Source of the DNA: Ylistrum balloti
Lineage: Eukaryota
Reading direction: 5' to 3'
DNA length: 64,000 nucleotides
Assembly (NCBI RefSeq): GCF_031769215.1
Contig: NW_026782472.1
Location: 62,001-126,000 of the forward strand
Part shown: in pieces, positions 13,321 to 27,436 of the stretch
How positions within the stretch are numbered: position 1 is the first letter of the stretch
Layout: every line of letters begins with the position of its first letter
Translations under genes and position numbers: made by a program
Notes under the pieces: model-generated
Told to the model about the DNA's origin: nothing
Database searches by the model: none
Seen by the model: only the letters and a program-made list of their open reading frames with translations

Positions 13321-14540
13321 TTAAACAATAAACAACCACAGTTCTGTTCCCCTCTATATCTATGAAAACAGAATAATTAAATGAGAGATAACATATAGGA
13401 CACACCTATATTTGACGATGATTCGCCAGCTGAACAAGACATGCAAATAAGTATTTAAATTGACGTTATATATATAAATATCATTAAAAGTAATCGAATT
13501 TTCTTATCTAATCGAGTCTCTTGTCACACAATGATAAAATGTATGCTAGATAACAAATCGCAACAAACACTTGGCTACTAAAGACAACAGTCGTTATTAC
13601 TGACCATAAAACTTTGTATAACATAAAATACGAGAACTGAGCAGTTCAATATGTTTGGACACAGGCATAAGACACACCACTAATAGACGTATTTTTACTG
13701 AGGTAAATATACATATGTTTCTTTTCTTCCTGGTTGATACTAACGCCCATTTAAGTATGGACTGACATCTGCATTCAAAACAAGTCGATGCATAAATTAG
13801 TGCATCCATCTGAAATAACATCTGCGTGGATTTAAATCCATGGTGTATTCAAATTGTATAAAAATGTTTATTTCAACAACCGTACGCTTATATTAAAAAT
13901 AATCTGTTATTACAACTTGCCAGTCAGAATAATAAGATCATAATTTTTATGTGAGGTTAGTTTAATAGTTGCATACTCATGAATGATATCTCTTCAGTCT
14001 GTTCCTAATATGACTGATTTGTTTTATATAGACCTTTGTTTAAATCATCGATATCAAAAACATATTGTTCTGCAATTCATATAAAATTAGCAATACGTTT
14101 TACATCATGTCGCACTCATGTTAAAAGTAGAAGTCACGCTAGGCAGGTTTTGAAAAAAACAATTGTCCTATCAGCAATAACGACTAAAGGTTTAGAATGT
14201 TTAGGTTGATTTAACACAGTAAATCGGAGTATCTGTCCATATTCATTCGTATTCCGTGTTAGTGGCAGGCTACGCCTTTCTTTGCAAATGTATTAAAAGG
14301 TTAGGGTTATCAGTAGTTTTACAACAGTATCATTATAAATATTGGCCTAGCGCAAGAAGATGTTACAATTATACCTCGCAGTAATATATCGCACCAGATA
14401 ATAGCCCTTTAAAAGTATGTACAAGATGTTATATACATTTTCTTGTATCTTGTATAAATGACGTCCTTACAATTTCAGTGTACACCTCGTTCCCATTTGA
14501 GAACGTGGCATTACTTTCTTGAATTGACCAGGATTTGAAT

Positions 14541-14704
14541 GGCGGGTGTCGTCGATAAAGCTGAAGACACTGTCTCTTCTGGAACACCTGGTTTTATTCT
14601 CCTTGTACCTTTTCTTAGGAGTATTTGTGTATGCCTTTCTTTAGTTCAATTTTGCCTTCCTAAGTTTCTTGAATTTGAGCTTGGATTATGATTGTGTTGA
14701 CATG
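14541..14704 (+). repeat. Copy of the dispersed repeat family (most complete copy)
   Basis: ggcgggtgtcgtcgataaagctgaagac...gaacacctggttttattctccttgtac...gaatttgagcttggattatgatt is shared with five other loci in the window. Confidence 0.65.
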
Positions 14705-14769
14705 TTGGTATTACTGATTTTTGTCAAAGGAAGTATGAATTTGTAATTATTTTTTATAGGTGCACATAT

Positions 14770-16878
14770 ATGGAGAAAAGAATGGATAATCTATCTACAG
14801 TGATAAAGGAGACGTTATTGACATGTTCCATATGTCTTGTATTGTTTACAAAGCCGAAGATTCTGCCATGCCTTCATACGTTTTGTTTGGAATGTATAAC
14901 ACAACACTTCAACAAAAGCAAAAATGGCGTCAACGCAAGATGTCCGACATGCAGAGATATCTTTACACTTCCTGATGAGAATGCAGAAAATCTCAAATCC
15001 AACTTTTATATTAACAGTTTGACAGAAGTTGTTAGGACAAAAACCACTGCTGTAAAAAAGTGTTCGTTTTGTCTTCTGAAAAATGTAAATGAGAAAGCAT
15101 ATTGGATGTGTATTGAATGTAGCGATTTTCTGTGTAATAAATGTAAAGACAATCATTTGGGAACCCGTATCACTTTTACTCATCATATCATTTCGGTTGT
15201 AGAGTTAGTGTCAGGAACATACGACAAAGAACTACGAAACACATACAGATTGCAATGTGAGAAGCATAAAGATGAAATTCTAAAATTTTACTGTGAAACA
15301 TGTTCATCTACAGTTTGTCGTGACTGTATTTTATTGGAGCACAAAAAGCATGTATGCCTTACTACTGGGGCCGCTATTACGACAAAGAGAGAAGAAATAG
15401 AAGTACTTCTTAGAGCAACAGAAAAGCAAATTGAGTCGCTCGTTGCAAAACGGGTGTATTTTGTTGATGCACTGTCAACAGTAGAGCAAGATGAAGTCTC
15501 AAACATATCTTCACTGAAGGATTATGGATTATCACTAAAGGAAACAGTTGATAAAACAATACAAAAGGCTAAAGCCGAAATCCGAAAGGTTTCTGAAGAA
15601 TCCAAAAAAACGTTATCCACACGAAAAAATGAGATTGGAAAACAAATTGATATCTTAGAGAGGCCATTTCAGTTTTGTAAGGAACTCTTAGCAGAGGGGC
15701 GCGACGAGGAAATACTGTATTTTCAAGATACATTGAAAGATGGACTTTCAAAATATCAACAGCAGGAAGATATACTGTCAGAGTTGACATGGGACATTGC
15801 AAGCGTTTCAATGCCTGAAGAAGTTAACAGATATATCAGAGAGGAAGTTGTAAAATGCGTGAAAACACCATGTACGTTACGTGAAAGTCCTGTTCACAAT
15901 TGTGATGACATTCATAACAAAGGCCAATCTGAATCTACCAATGTCAGTGCCAATGCTACAACGCCACACCTACATGGAGCTGATGTAGACGGATCGGCGA
16001 ATGCAGTCGCCAACTGTGATAAACTGGTGACAACGAAAACAGATAGCAGAGCAAAACATAACACGACTAAACCTACAGAAGAGGTCAAGGCCAAGTTTGA
16101 TACCACGAAAGCCCCAACTTATCACAGCCAAATGTTCAAGCTTTCACATAAGTTCAGTTGCATGTCAAAATTAAAACCAGTGCTACCAATAGATGTAGCT
16201 TGGCTTAATAATCAGGAAATTGCCGTATGTGATAGCGCTAATGGAAATCTCCTAGTATTTTCAAAACTCGGACTTTTAAGTTGGTCTTTTAAAGTGGACA
16301 AACCCACGAACATTGCAGTTTGTGGTAATAGAATTGCAATATCCAACAGAAGTAAAGTTATGATTGTCGAAAACGACGTCCAAAAAGGAATACTGTCATT
16401 CCCAACAGGAGCATTCTGTCGTATTGCAGCATCCTTATCACATTTCCTTCTTTTTAGAAACGACATAACTACAGTGAGAATGTATAATGCATTGGGATTG
16501 CACTACGAAAAGGATTTTCCGTTTGTAAATGTCGTCATTCCTCCTGCCGTGTCTAGCAATAAGAAAACAATCCTGATATCAGACACACAGAAATCGTCAA
16601 TTCTAATGTTAAATCACAAAGGATTTAAATTAGGAGAGATCAAGCATGCGACAAAATCGAGGCTTCCTCACGCACACTGCATGCAGGATAATAACGTCAT
16701 CCTGTTGGACAAGCAATCTACTGAGGTACATATCCTCAAAGACGGTGAGGAATTACTGGAAAAGTGGTCTACTGTGCCAGAAATCAAAGAGCCGACGTGT
16801 CTAGACTATCACCAAGATGGGCTGCTCGTTATAGGGGGAGCTTGTGGTACCATAGTAGTTTACTCACTGATAAAATAA
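14770..16878 (+). CDS. TRIM-B: RING/B-box1/B-box2/coiled-coil/beta-propeller protein, 702 aa, single coding exon
   Basis: RING CSIC..PKILPCLHTFCLEC..CPTCR. B-boxes CSFC..CIECSDFLCNKC..H..H and CEKH..FYCETC..CRDC..H..H. Propeller ends CLDYHQDGLLVIGG. Acceptor ttttttatag lies just upstream of the ATG. Confidence 0.93.
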   Translation: MEKRMDNLSTVIKETLLTCSICLVLFTKPKILPCLHTFCLECITQHFNKSKNGVNARCPTCRDIFTLPDENAENLKSNFYINSLTEVVRTKTTAVKKCSFCLLKNVNEKAYWMCIECSDFLCNKCKDNHLGTRITFTHHIISVVELVSGTYDKELRNTYRLQCEKHKDEILKFYCETCSSTVCRDCILLEHKKHVCLTTGAAITTKREEIEVLLRATEKQIESLVAKRVYFVDALSTVEQDEVSNISSLKDYGLSLKETVDKTIQKAKAEIRKVSEESKKTLSTRKNEIGKQIDILERPFQFCKELLAEGRDEEILYFQDTLKDGLSKYQQQEDILSELTWDIASVSMPEEVNRYIREEVVKCVKTPCTLRESPVHNCDDIHNKGQSESTNVSANATTPHLHGADVDGSANAVANCDKLVTTKTDSRAKHNTTKPTEEVKAKFDTTKAPTYHSQMFKLSHKFSCMSKLKPVLPIDVAWLNNQEIAVCDSANGNLLVFSKLGLLSWSFKVDKPTNIAVCGNRIAISNRSKVMIVENDVQKGILSFPTGAFCRIAASLSHFLLFRNDITTVRMYNALGLHYEKDFPFVNVVIPPAVSSNKKTILISDTQKSSILMLNHKGFKLGEIKHATKSRLPHAHCMQDNNVILLDKQSTEVHILKDGEELLEKWSTVPEIKEPTCLDYHQDGLLVIGGACGTIVVYSLIK

Positions 16879-19800
16879 CTGAACATACCTGTATTCGCTT
16901 GACTTTTTAACTACTGTCAGTTGACAAGGTTTATACAAAACACAACAAATGGTCACATCAGTCAATATGTTCATTTTTCTATGACATACATGTATATTGC
17001 AATGATATAAGAATGTATAAGATATAAATTTTTTGAGGGAGATATTCAGATCTTTGGTGTGGGATTTGAGAAAACTATTCAAGTCAAATGCGCGAAAGTT
17101 AATAGCATATTATTGCGTCACCAGAACATTTGGACAAGTTGTTCATAGTGGAATTTTTCAGTGAAGTAAAACTTATACGACTGTGTATATTTTCCTGATT
17201 TGGTCTTATCTTAGCATTTCCACATTGTTGAAACATGATATCCACCCTCCGGAATGTTAAAACAATCTCCAACTCGAGTACCAAAATATAGCCACAAGGG
17301 ACTTTCAGAGACGTATGCGCATGTCGATAACATTCGTTGACAAGATGGAAGACGGCGGATGATTCACCACAAGAAGATAACGTAAATGAGGATCATCAGG
17401 CGGACAACAGATGCAGTGCGGGAAAAACAAAGCGTTAAAAGAGCGTAGTATTTGCTAACTTGTGAGTGTATGATTATTGCACTGATTAAGGCATAAAAGA
17501 AACACTCAATGCTTTAGTATCGATTTCTATCAGATTTATCTTTCTTATTTTAACATATCTCAAACATTGCTTATTGATCATGCCAAAATACGACCACATT
17601 AAGTGTTTCAGAGTTAATTTAAAGAATCTAAAGAATGATTTGATTTGAACAGTGCATACTTTGGAAACTTTGGCTGTGCAAATATCTTGGCCCTAGAGGA
17701 GCAATGACTTACTTTCCACGCTTTTTCGAGAATGGTTTATTACTTACTGCCTTACCTTATTAAGAAAACAGTTGAAAAATTAAAAACCAGATTTAAGTTA
17801 ATCTACTATTATCTATTTATCCAAAAACTACATTTCCTTATTTGTATCGAGATTATTTTATCCTTGGAATACTGCGTCTCATTTTCGGACTGTCAAAATT
17901 AAAGACACAAATGCAGCTTATGGGAAGGGACATTTTCATGTTAACTTTCCTATTTAGATTTCCTTAAATTTTCATGTCTAGACATGATCATATTAGAAAA
18001 CAAGAGCCAACCTATTTTGAAAACCTTTCAAGCGCTAATTGAAAGGGATTGTTATCCAAATATATATGAAATATGAAATGTAAATGTTAACACATGTTTT
18101 ACTGAACAAAATGCACAATAATCCTATCCCTTTCCCTGTGCTAAATCTGGACACTTGTACAAACGTAGCATTAAATCGTAGTTTTAAATGAGCAACCTGT
18201 TTTCTCGGTGAATACCAACCTAAGAAAGTGATACATATCGAAAATAATAGATCACGTATTCATCTGCATTGTGTACGTCACGCACAACTGGATTCATTTA
18301 AGGCATGGTTTAAATAAACTGTATAGTGTTTTGGGAGTCCGGTTAACTTTTGAGAGGATAAAGTCTGTTAATCTTAGTACGCTTTGGGGACAGGACCCTG
18401 ATATACAATGTATTTCAGTTTAGTTTATCAACGTTTAAGCTACTGGTACAGGGCCTTGCAATATTTCCATATTAGTTGTGGAATTGATATAACCAGTTTT
18501 TGAAGCTCCTTCCATTAATCTGCGTACATGTATAAACTACGCTACTGCACTATCATTAGAATGATTAGTTCACATAGAAAGGCTTTGAACGACTGGCCAC
18601 AGAGAATAATTGAACATTGACTTTGTGACGGCATCCTACCCTACTGTATAATGCTGATAATACCTAATCTGGCAAATAAGGTTGTGAATGCGTTAAGCTA
18701 ACTAGGCAAATAAAGTTAAGAAGGCATATAACAATTTTCTGTGTAGTCTGAATAATATTTACAGTGAATATTTCAAATAAAAATGCTACCCGATTGATTC
18801 CTGACGTATATCAGTTCTCATCTGACAAATATCATACATTGATATGATTTCAAGGCTCTATCGTCTGATACCAACTGTTCCCCACCTTAGTGTATGTCTT
18901 GTACTATTTAACGGACATGGAAGTAGAATTATATTTCTCTTTACTTGCTGTTTAAGCAATGATAACATCATAAAACGACTAAAAAAGACCTCTCTTGTTA
19001 TCTTTGACTGGAATATTTATCCTTAGTTTTAGGTATAAAACGTCCCACTGCTAAGCATTTGATTAGCTGAGTTTAAGGCAGGATTCCCTACTATTTAGGT
19101 AATTCTCTATGACGGATTTTTCAACCATTTCATAATCCAGCATTGTTTTCATCATAGTATATGCCACTCTTCATCAAATAATTAAGTGATTATCAGATTA
19201 AATGGAAATGGTGAGAATATCTACTCTAAATATCGTTATACTGTTAAGGATGTCCAATCTATTCACATGCATAGTCGGGGCAATATAGTGTTAACATGGT
19301 CGTCATTCTGTCATAATTCAGTTTCAGCTCATAGACTCTTTAACATTTACAGATACAGAGATGCAATTTAATATGAAGTTGTATACTGATAATATGTTGG
19401 CCAGACGATTAAGTTATGGTTAGTTTAATTTTCTTTCCAGACTTATTGTAATTTTAAGCATAGGTATTTTAATTATTTTGTTTACACCGAAAAGGTAGGA
19501 CCAAAATAATACTCATGTGTAACTCCACTTTAAAAATCTCAGAGAGAAACACTGTAAATGACAATATCTGGAGTGCAGCTAAACGTGACTTAACTTGAAA
19601 TGAAATTTGAAGCGTGCAAGCTGGTGATTAACTGGGTTATCATTGTCAAACTTGTTCTGAAAGATCTTGATTACAAGTCTTAGCAAAGGCGTAATGATAC
19701 AAAGTTCCAAATTTCTTTTGGTTGATTATATGAATGAACCATACTGTTTGCTAAACGTTTGCATGCATAATTTAGTTTAGAACACTTCGCCGTACCCCGC

Positions 19801-20779
19801 TCTACTCCGCTCTCCGTTTAAATCCGTGTTTTGTACAGAAATTAAACCACCTTAAACGATATAGATTATTTTAGTTTTGTTTCTTTACAGATTTCGTACA
19901 CAGACTATTTCCTTTGGTTTTTATGCATGGCTCTTTTCAGTCCTACGAATTTTCTCATAAAGTATAAACATGTTCAGTACTCTTAAACATTTTTTGTTTC
20001 CTTATATAATCTGTACAATATTACATGGTCTAAGCAGGCAGTAAACAGTTTATAGCAGTAAATGTTTGACAGGGTAAGGTGAACACAATCATCCTCGACT
20101 AACTGTTTCGATGACTTAAGGTGTTATCAATAAAGCTTGTTTGTGATGTTTCCCTGACTATTTGACTACCTTTATTAGATGTAACCAAAACTTCAGAGTG
20201 ACACTTCATACGTAGAGATCTCAGAATCACAAAAACGTTTACCTAGGTCAGTGAACTGATGACAATTAAAAAAAACAAAAAAACAGAGTATTAACACAAA
20301 AACCAGAAGTATTTTGTGAAATCATGACGGCTGATAGACTGTTAACGGGCGAGTGTTTGAAACCATTGCGGTGCTGATAGAGGGAAATTGTTTGAAACTA
20401 TTGCGGTATATGGACTGTTAAAGGGATAGAGCATGAAACCATGGCGTTATACAGACTTTAAAATTGCGAGTGATTGAAAACATTGCTGAGTGTATGTAAA
20501 ACTATTGATATATAAATTGTTACATTAACTGTTTATTTTTTATGTTTTAAAAATGTCAAGGATCTTGATGTCTATACCTATGTTTTTGAGGTCGAGGAAT
20601 CTAATAAAACACATGTCAAGACTTATACAGTTTTCCTTCAAATGTTTATCAAAACAAATGGCGAATCGATCAGGTAGTAAAATGACTATGTATTCAATAG
20701 AAATACATTTAACAATGTATCTTTCTATTTTTCAGAAACAGGAAGCGTGCATGAAGTGTCGATAGAGCCAGGAAGCTGC

Positions 20780-23774
20780 AAGAAAAAGCTTGTATGGACA
20801 TGACCGAATCACCGCATAAAAAAACACCTCCGTAGTTCAATTGCCAAAAGAATTCAACGGAAATTGCCTGAAAAGTATGGGGAAAGACTTCACATTGAAA
20901 TGGCTCTGTTGAAAGTCATTGGCGACTGGCTTGACGGAAGTGGCTGGATTTATGTAATGACTCAAGCCAATGTTACAACTGAGGGGCGTGCCGTTAGTCT
21001 GCAGAAAGGTTCATACACTTCCAGAGGTCAGTGGGCTCATCAAATAACAGCAGCAGCTCTGTTCATCCTGCTTCAGAGTTCATATGGTGAATATTAAAAG
21101 AACACACCAGAAAAACGACAACTATGCTATGATGTTTGATTACTGGTTTAAAGTCTGGCAGTTGGAATGCCTACTCCTACAGTTCCTTAGATCACAGCGT
21201 CAACCAAATTTTATGTCCTACCTGGATTCTCTTGGAAAAATTATTCCATGGATGTTTACCCTTGACAACTTCCACTATTCACGATGGATGACAATTCATG
21301 TCAAAAATCTTCTTGCCCTGGAGATTAACAGTCCAGACACCTATGCAGAGTTCCTTAAAGGCAACTTCGTCACTCAGAGAAATCTACACTCAAGTTCTCA
21401 GCACTAGCCCATGACCAGGTTCATGAACAGCTGAATGCAATGATGAACGGACATGGTGGTGCTATAGGTATCACAGAGAATGAAGCCGCATTGACACGAT
21501 GGATGGTGACGGGCCAAGAAACAGCTAGGCTTTTGATTGGATACTATGAAAAACACTACATGAAAAAAGACACAGATCGCCACCATGAACAGATACCAAG
21601 TGTACAGAAGGCGTTCATATCACAAGTCAAGAACGTCACTGATGTGATGGAGGAACTAGGAAACCCCTTTGCAGATACTGGCACAGATTTGTATACGCTT
21701 GACACCAAACGAATAATGCCTGATATCGTTGTAAATGAAATAAAGTCGGCAGAAAATATTCGCAAAACACAATACCAGAAGTTCGTTGCAGAGCGTATTA
21801 ATGCTGATTGCACATCATTCAATGACAAAATTCACAAAAACAAACTGCCTCTGTTTAATGCTAGTTTGGGAAAGAAGCCTACCAAGTCCGCCACCAAAAT
21901 CTCTAACATGTGTGATGCTGCTAATCTCTTCTCACGGATGTACATGTCATGCCAAGCTCGAGACAGTGATATGGATGCCTTCTTCATGCATGCAAATCAT
22001 GCCTGGCCTCCATCACTAGCATCAAATCGCATCATGCACAAATCGAAGAAGTCTGATTTGATGGAATGTTTGGAATCGTTGGCACCAAAATCAGAATCTA
22101 CACCACATGTTCATGTTAAAATTGTTGATGGCGCTGCCCTTGTTCAGACACTTGATCCAAAGAAGTCAAAGAAAATTGTGAAAACATTCCAGAACTATTC
22201 ACAATTGGTGTTCTTGCCCTCTTTAGAACGCATGCTACAGGATGTTGCCCATTTACATGTTGTTTGGAATATCTATAAGGAAGACAGCCTAAAGTCACAA
22301 ACACGACAGAATCGTGGAACTGGTAACCAAATTCGAGTGGCAAACAACACTAAAATTCCTGCTAGTTGGAAGAACTTTCTTTAGTGTGATTCAAACAAAG
22401 AGAGCCTGTTCCAACTTCTTGCCGATGCTGTAAAAGAGTTCCAATCCCCCCAAGGAAAACAAATCATCTCAACAAAAGTCCGGAGCGCTGTTTCATGCTG
22501 ACCTCTCAGACTTGTCCTGCACTCACGAAGAAGCGGACACCCGGCTCCTGTTTCATGCCTCCCATGCATTCCATCAAGGATTCATCAAAGTGATGATACA
22601 TGCCACTGATACAGATGTGGTGGTTCTCGCAGTTGCTGCATCAAGCGTCTTAAACGATTGTGAAATGTGGGTAGCATTCGGTCATGGTTCTAAACTGAGA
22701 TACATCCCCTGTGACCTAATTTCAGCTGAACTAGGCAATGATACATAATGGGGTCTATGCACGCGATATCAGGATGTGATACTGTTTCTGCATTCTTCGG
22801 GATTGGAAAGAAAACAGCTTGGGTTGTAGGGCGCAGTATGACTCAGCTCACAGCTACATTTGTGCTCCAACTCAAGTAACACCCAACGACATGGACCAAA
22901 TAGAAAGTTACGTGGTTCTACTGTACCAGCGAACATCAGGACTTAGTCATGTGAATGAAGCCAGGAAATACTTGTTCACTCACAACCATAAGATGGAAAA
23001 CATTCCTCGGACGTTGAATGCTCTTGAACAGCACGTGAAAAGGGCTGTTTACCAGGCAGGCTATATTTGGGGACAGACACTTACTGGCGAGCCGGATGTT
23101 CCTTCACCAGAATCATGGGGGTGGAAGAGAGTGAAAGATGATTCCCCATGGACTCCATGCTGGACATCCCTTCCAGAGGCAGCCAAAGCTTGTCAGGAAC
23201 TGTTGAAATGTGGGTGCAATAAGGAATGTACTCGGCGATGCAAGTGTGTCAAAGCAAATGTGCCGTGTACACAGCTGTGCTTCTGCTCAGGACAGTTTTT
23301 TTTTATTAAATGACATTACTATTAATGACAGGAACTCTTGTGTTAAGCGAGATTCTCCCATACTTCACCAAACAATCTATAACTAAATTATCAGGTTCGG
23401 ATTGTTCAAACAATGGTACGTCCTAAAGACATTTTGTCACCTAATTGATACGGATTATGACATTTAAAAAAAAATAAACATATGAAGGAAAACTTTATAA
23501 GTCTTGAATTGCGTTTTTTTTTTTTTACATTCCTTAAACCTCAAAAATATAGGTATAAACATCAAGATCATTGAAATCGGGGCACTGAGAGGAATTTCAT
23601 GGACGAAATAATTTTTGTGGCGGCCATTTTGAATTTCCAGATTTTTGGCGGGAACGGCTGGAGTGAGGTCGTGGTTCCCGCAATTTTTGAAATTAGCATA
23701 CCCAAAACCCCCCAGGACAAATTATCATGCTTCTTTCCGGAAGTGCACGCCCATTTCACATATCCGCCATACTA
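20780..23774 (+). mobile_element. Decayed, 5'-truncated Academ (AcademX-type) DNA transposon
   Basis: Frameshifted segments read LHIEMALLKVIGDWLDGSGW, HEEADTRLLFH and the XPG/FEN1-like HAISGCDTVSAFFGIGKKTAW (~22765-22820). Cys-rich end CQELLKCGCNKECTRRCKCVKANVPCTQLCFC. Right end ...ccgccatacta (reverse complement starts TAG). No left TIR found. Confidence 0.75.
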
Positions 23775-25339
23775 TTTTGTTTTCAGTGTCAATGTCAGTG
23801 TATAATGAAATAGTCGTAAACTGGAATGAATTTTCTCAGCTGATATATTAGGTACAAATAATCGAGTGTAATTTATAAAGATCTTCAGAAAAATAGGCAA
23901 TTCTATTCTTATATCAGTACAGCTTCGATGTACTGGGGAATAGGTTTACTAGTTCATTGCAATCATATATTTACTTACGATTTACACTTTGACGTTGTTT
24001 CATAATATCAAATATTTTTTCTAGAAGAACTGTATACTGTAAGTAAAATATAAATATCAATGACGAGGTATCTGAATTCAGCTGTTATGATAAACCTTTG
24101 CCTACTGCTTGCAAATGGAAAACCGAGACTCTGATTAAGAAGAACATGGACATGTCTGGCCAGTCTGGTAAAACAATTCCGATAAGCATGCATTATATTC
24201 CACTGATGCAAGGGTAAGACGTCCGATCACTCACATGTTTAGTAGTACTCTTCAATATAGATTTTAACTGATTTGGATGTTTGCTATACGCGTTATGTAA
24301 TATCACACCAGAAATGACTTCGTGTTAGCCTTCAATTATCTGCTCGGTTAAAGTTGTATTAATGTTGATAACAAAAGAATATCATGTATCACTTTTCAGA
24401 GAGGTTTAAACAAGGTATAACAGGTAAAATAGTAATCATTCCCGGTGGTGGGTAACTGACTACACCCGGACAGTGAAAAGGGGAGGACGTCTGAAAATAA
24501 ATGTTCATATAACATTGGTGTACTGAATGTTTTCTATCCAAGAAAGAAGATTAAGGACTGGCAGTTAAATCAGAATTTGCATGAGACATAAAGGATTTTA
24601 ATGATATATCTATCTATTTCTGATTTCGTTAACCCTTATTACATTTTCAGTCTTTATTCCAAAACTTTGAAAAAATATTCCGCAAGGGAATGAGCGAAAT
24701 ATGATATACTTCTGGAAATAAATACATATTAATGTATAGAGCAAACGCAAGGTTTCAAGTGTTATCTAACAATTAAGAATAGCTTGGGTAGAACACGTAA
24801 CATAACATTATTCAGGTGTAGATGTAAAACACCTTTCTTTGCACTACTGAGATAGAAGTCATACAATGAATCATGTCTAATTTTGCTTTATTTATAATTG
24901 TTGAAATATCACGTTTCCATTTCTATACATTGAGAGACGATTATGACTGCCATGTCTAATAATTTTAATGAGTAAAAGCATTCATATACAGAAGAGTTAA
25001 AAAAAATAGCTATGGTACCAGGAAGGTTACATTAAGTCATTAAGATAGATTCGGTAAGTGTAGTCCCAAACGATGATTATTTCATTTTGTAAGCATGAAG
25101 TATAAAAAACCTAAACTTCCTTAACAGAACATGGTAAACAGAATGTTATTTGGTTATCGCGTTAAAAGTACACGTGGTCGACTTATCACACTCATGTTGC
25201 ATGTATATAAAGATTTGTTACCTAAGTTTATATATAGGTTTGTTTGTATTTCAAACATATGCAATGAAAACGTATAAAAAGAATGGATGTGGATCAAGTG
25301 ATATATATATCTGTACTATAATAAGCTGTACATATACAC

Positions 25340-27436
25340 CTAGTGCGAAGGGATGAGGTCAGCACTACCGCCGACAGCGACGAAGACGACGACCAAGCAG
25401 ACCCAGAGCCCGAACCAGTCACCATAGCCCAAGCCCAGTCCGCCATTGCCTTAGCTTATCTTATTTCGAACAAACCACTACGACGACACACAACACAGAA
25501 GAGAACATAGACTCGGTTGATAAACTTCTACATATGCAAGGGTATTGACAGAGAGAGTTTCCCGGGACAGAAAACAGTTAGTTGTTAGTCAATACGGCGA
25601 ACCCGAGAAATAACCAGCATCCATGTATGGAAACGAAAGTGGAAATTACCCAAGGCTAAATTTAGAATTCCGAGAAAACCACAAGAGCGATAACCCCTAC
25701 GTGACCACAGGCACTCGAGGCCAGGATATTATTTTTTAAACATTGATTTTTGTTTTAGCACTCATGACTGACGTTATTTAAACGAAATATCAACAGAATT
25801 CAAGTTTATGTGCCGGTTGACAAATCCGAGGTCCACGGTCATTAAAAATACACAAGGCAAGCAACTCCAGATTTTAAAAAATCGACCCCTCGCTTGGAAA
25901 CTGGCTCAAAAAAAGTAGTTATGATAAGTTCCTTGTAAAACAATATGTATCCGTAGGTAGTGTGTATATTTACCTTTTATTTGGTGCATAACATTACAGG
26001 CAACGAGAAATTCACAATACGTACATGAGATTAACATCTCAATAACCGGAGATTTTATCGTCTATGTAATTATCTTTGACGGAAGTAACATGCCATTTCA
26101 AGGGCGGTCACTCCGACTTTTTGGGAGAGGAGTTCCGGATAGCACTATACCAGTGAACAGGTAAGAAAGGTTCCGATGTCATTACGCGCGTAACTTCAAA
26201 ATAGATATTTTTATTTCTACAAATACATTTGCGGGGATGGAAAAATAATGGCTGGGCAAAGAAAGTCCACATTTGCCAATTTGGATACAATATCATGGTA
26301 AGGGATTATACAGAATGCATCATTTAATTTCCAATTTCTAAGTTAATATATTTCCCCCACGATATTTTTCATAAATTGCGCCCTTTTTTCATTATCTGCA
26401 TGATTTTTTTCTATTTTTTTTTTGAAAAAAAAATTCTCATTACCGCCAGCTTGATTGAAAGTTGATGCATTCTGTATAATCCCTTACCATGATATTGTAT
26501 CCGAATTGGCAAATGTGGACTTTCTTTGCCCAGCCATTATTTTTCCATCCCCGCAAATGTATTTGTAGAAATAAAAAATATCTATTTTGAAGTTACGCGC
26601 GTAATGACATCGGAACCTTTCTTACCTGTTCACTGGTATAGTGCTATCCGGAACTCCTCTCCCAAAAAGTCGGAGTGACCGCCCTTGAAATGGCATGTTA
26701 CTTCCGTCAAAGATAATTACATAGACGATAAAATCTCCGGTTATTGAGATGTTAATCTCATGTACGTATTGTGAATTTCTCGTTGCCTGTAATGTTATGC
26801 ACCAAATAAAAGGTAAATATACACACTACCTACGGATACATATTGTTTTACAAGGAACTTATCATAACTACTTTTTTTGAGCCAGTTTCCAAGCGAGGGG
26901 TCGATTTTTTAAAATCTGGAGTTGCTTGCCTTGTGTATTTTTAATGACCGTGGACCTCGGATTTGTCAACCGGCACATAAACTTGAATTCTGCTGATATT
27001 TCGTTTAAATAACGTCAGTCATGAGTGCTAAAACAAAAATCAATGTTTAAAAAATAATATCCTGGCCTCGAGTGCCTGTGTACGTGACAGGAAGAACAGA
27101 CGGGAATCGATGAATCAGATTCATTGACATAATGCCCAAACTCATCAAAGGAATGTTTGAAATCTTTAGTAATTAACATAATTTATTATCACATGTTTAA
27201 TTATATCCACAATATACATAATATTTCACAAACATGCATCTCTCAAACAACACACATGATGTGAATATGTACCATGTGCAGGCATACGTACTCAGTCCGG
27301 CATACGTGATCAACACCTCTGGATGGTAATGACAAGTTCGACGGACATCAAGGTCATTTTCCAGCAATCCGGAAGATTCACAATCCGGAAAAATACTGCT
27401 GGGGACCAATGTGTCCGGATTATCGAGATTCGACTG
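25340..27436 (+). mobile_element. 3' remnant of a pogo/Tigger-like DNA transposon, interrupted by the foldback element
   Basis: Acidic C-terminal transposase-like peptide DSDEDDDQADPEPEPVTIAQAQSAIAL at ~25370-25460. Terminal ...gtccggattatcgagattcgactg|ta resembles pogo-type TIRs with a TA target. Confidence 0.5.
25706..27080. mobile_element. Non-autonomous foldback element: ~617-bp near-perfect TIRs, 140-bp spacer, 8-bp TSD (P/Galileo-like termini)
   Basis: The left arm 25706-26322 is the reverse complement of 26463-27080 with only a few differences seen by eye. TSD TACGTGAC at 25698-25705 and 27081-27088. Termini CACAGG...CCTGTG. Confidence 0.92.

Noticed and set aside
20553-20780. Exon-like segments with a 60-bp GT-AG intron just upstream of the Academ remnant
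   Set aside because: Either frame stops soon after splicing and no recognisable protein results, so a gene cannot be supported.
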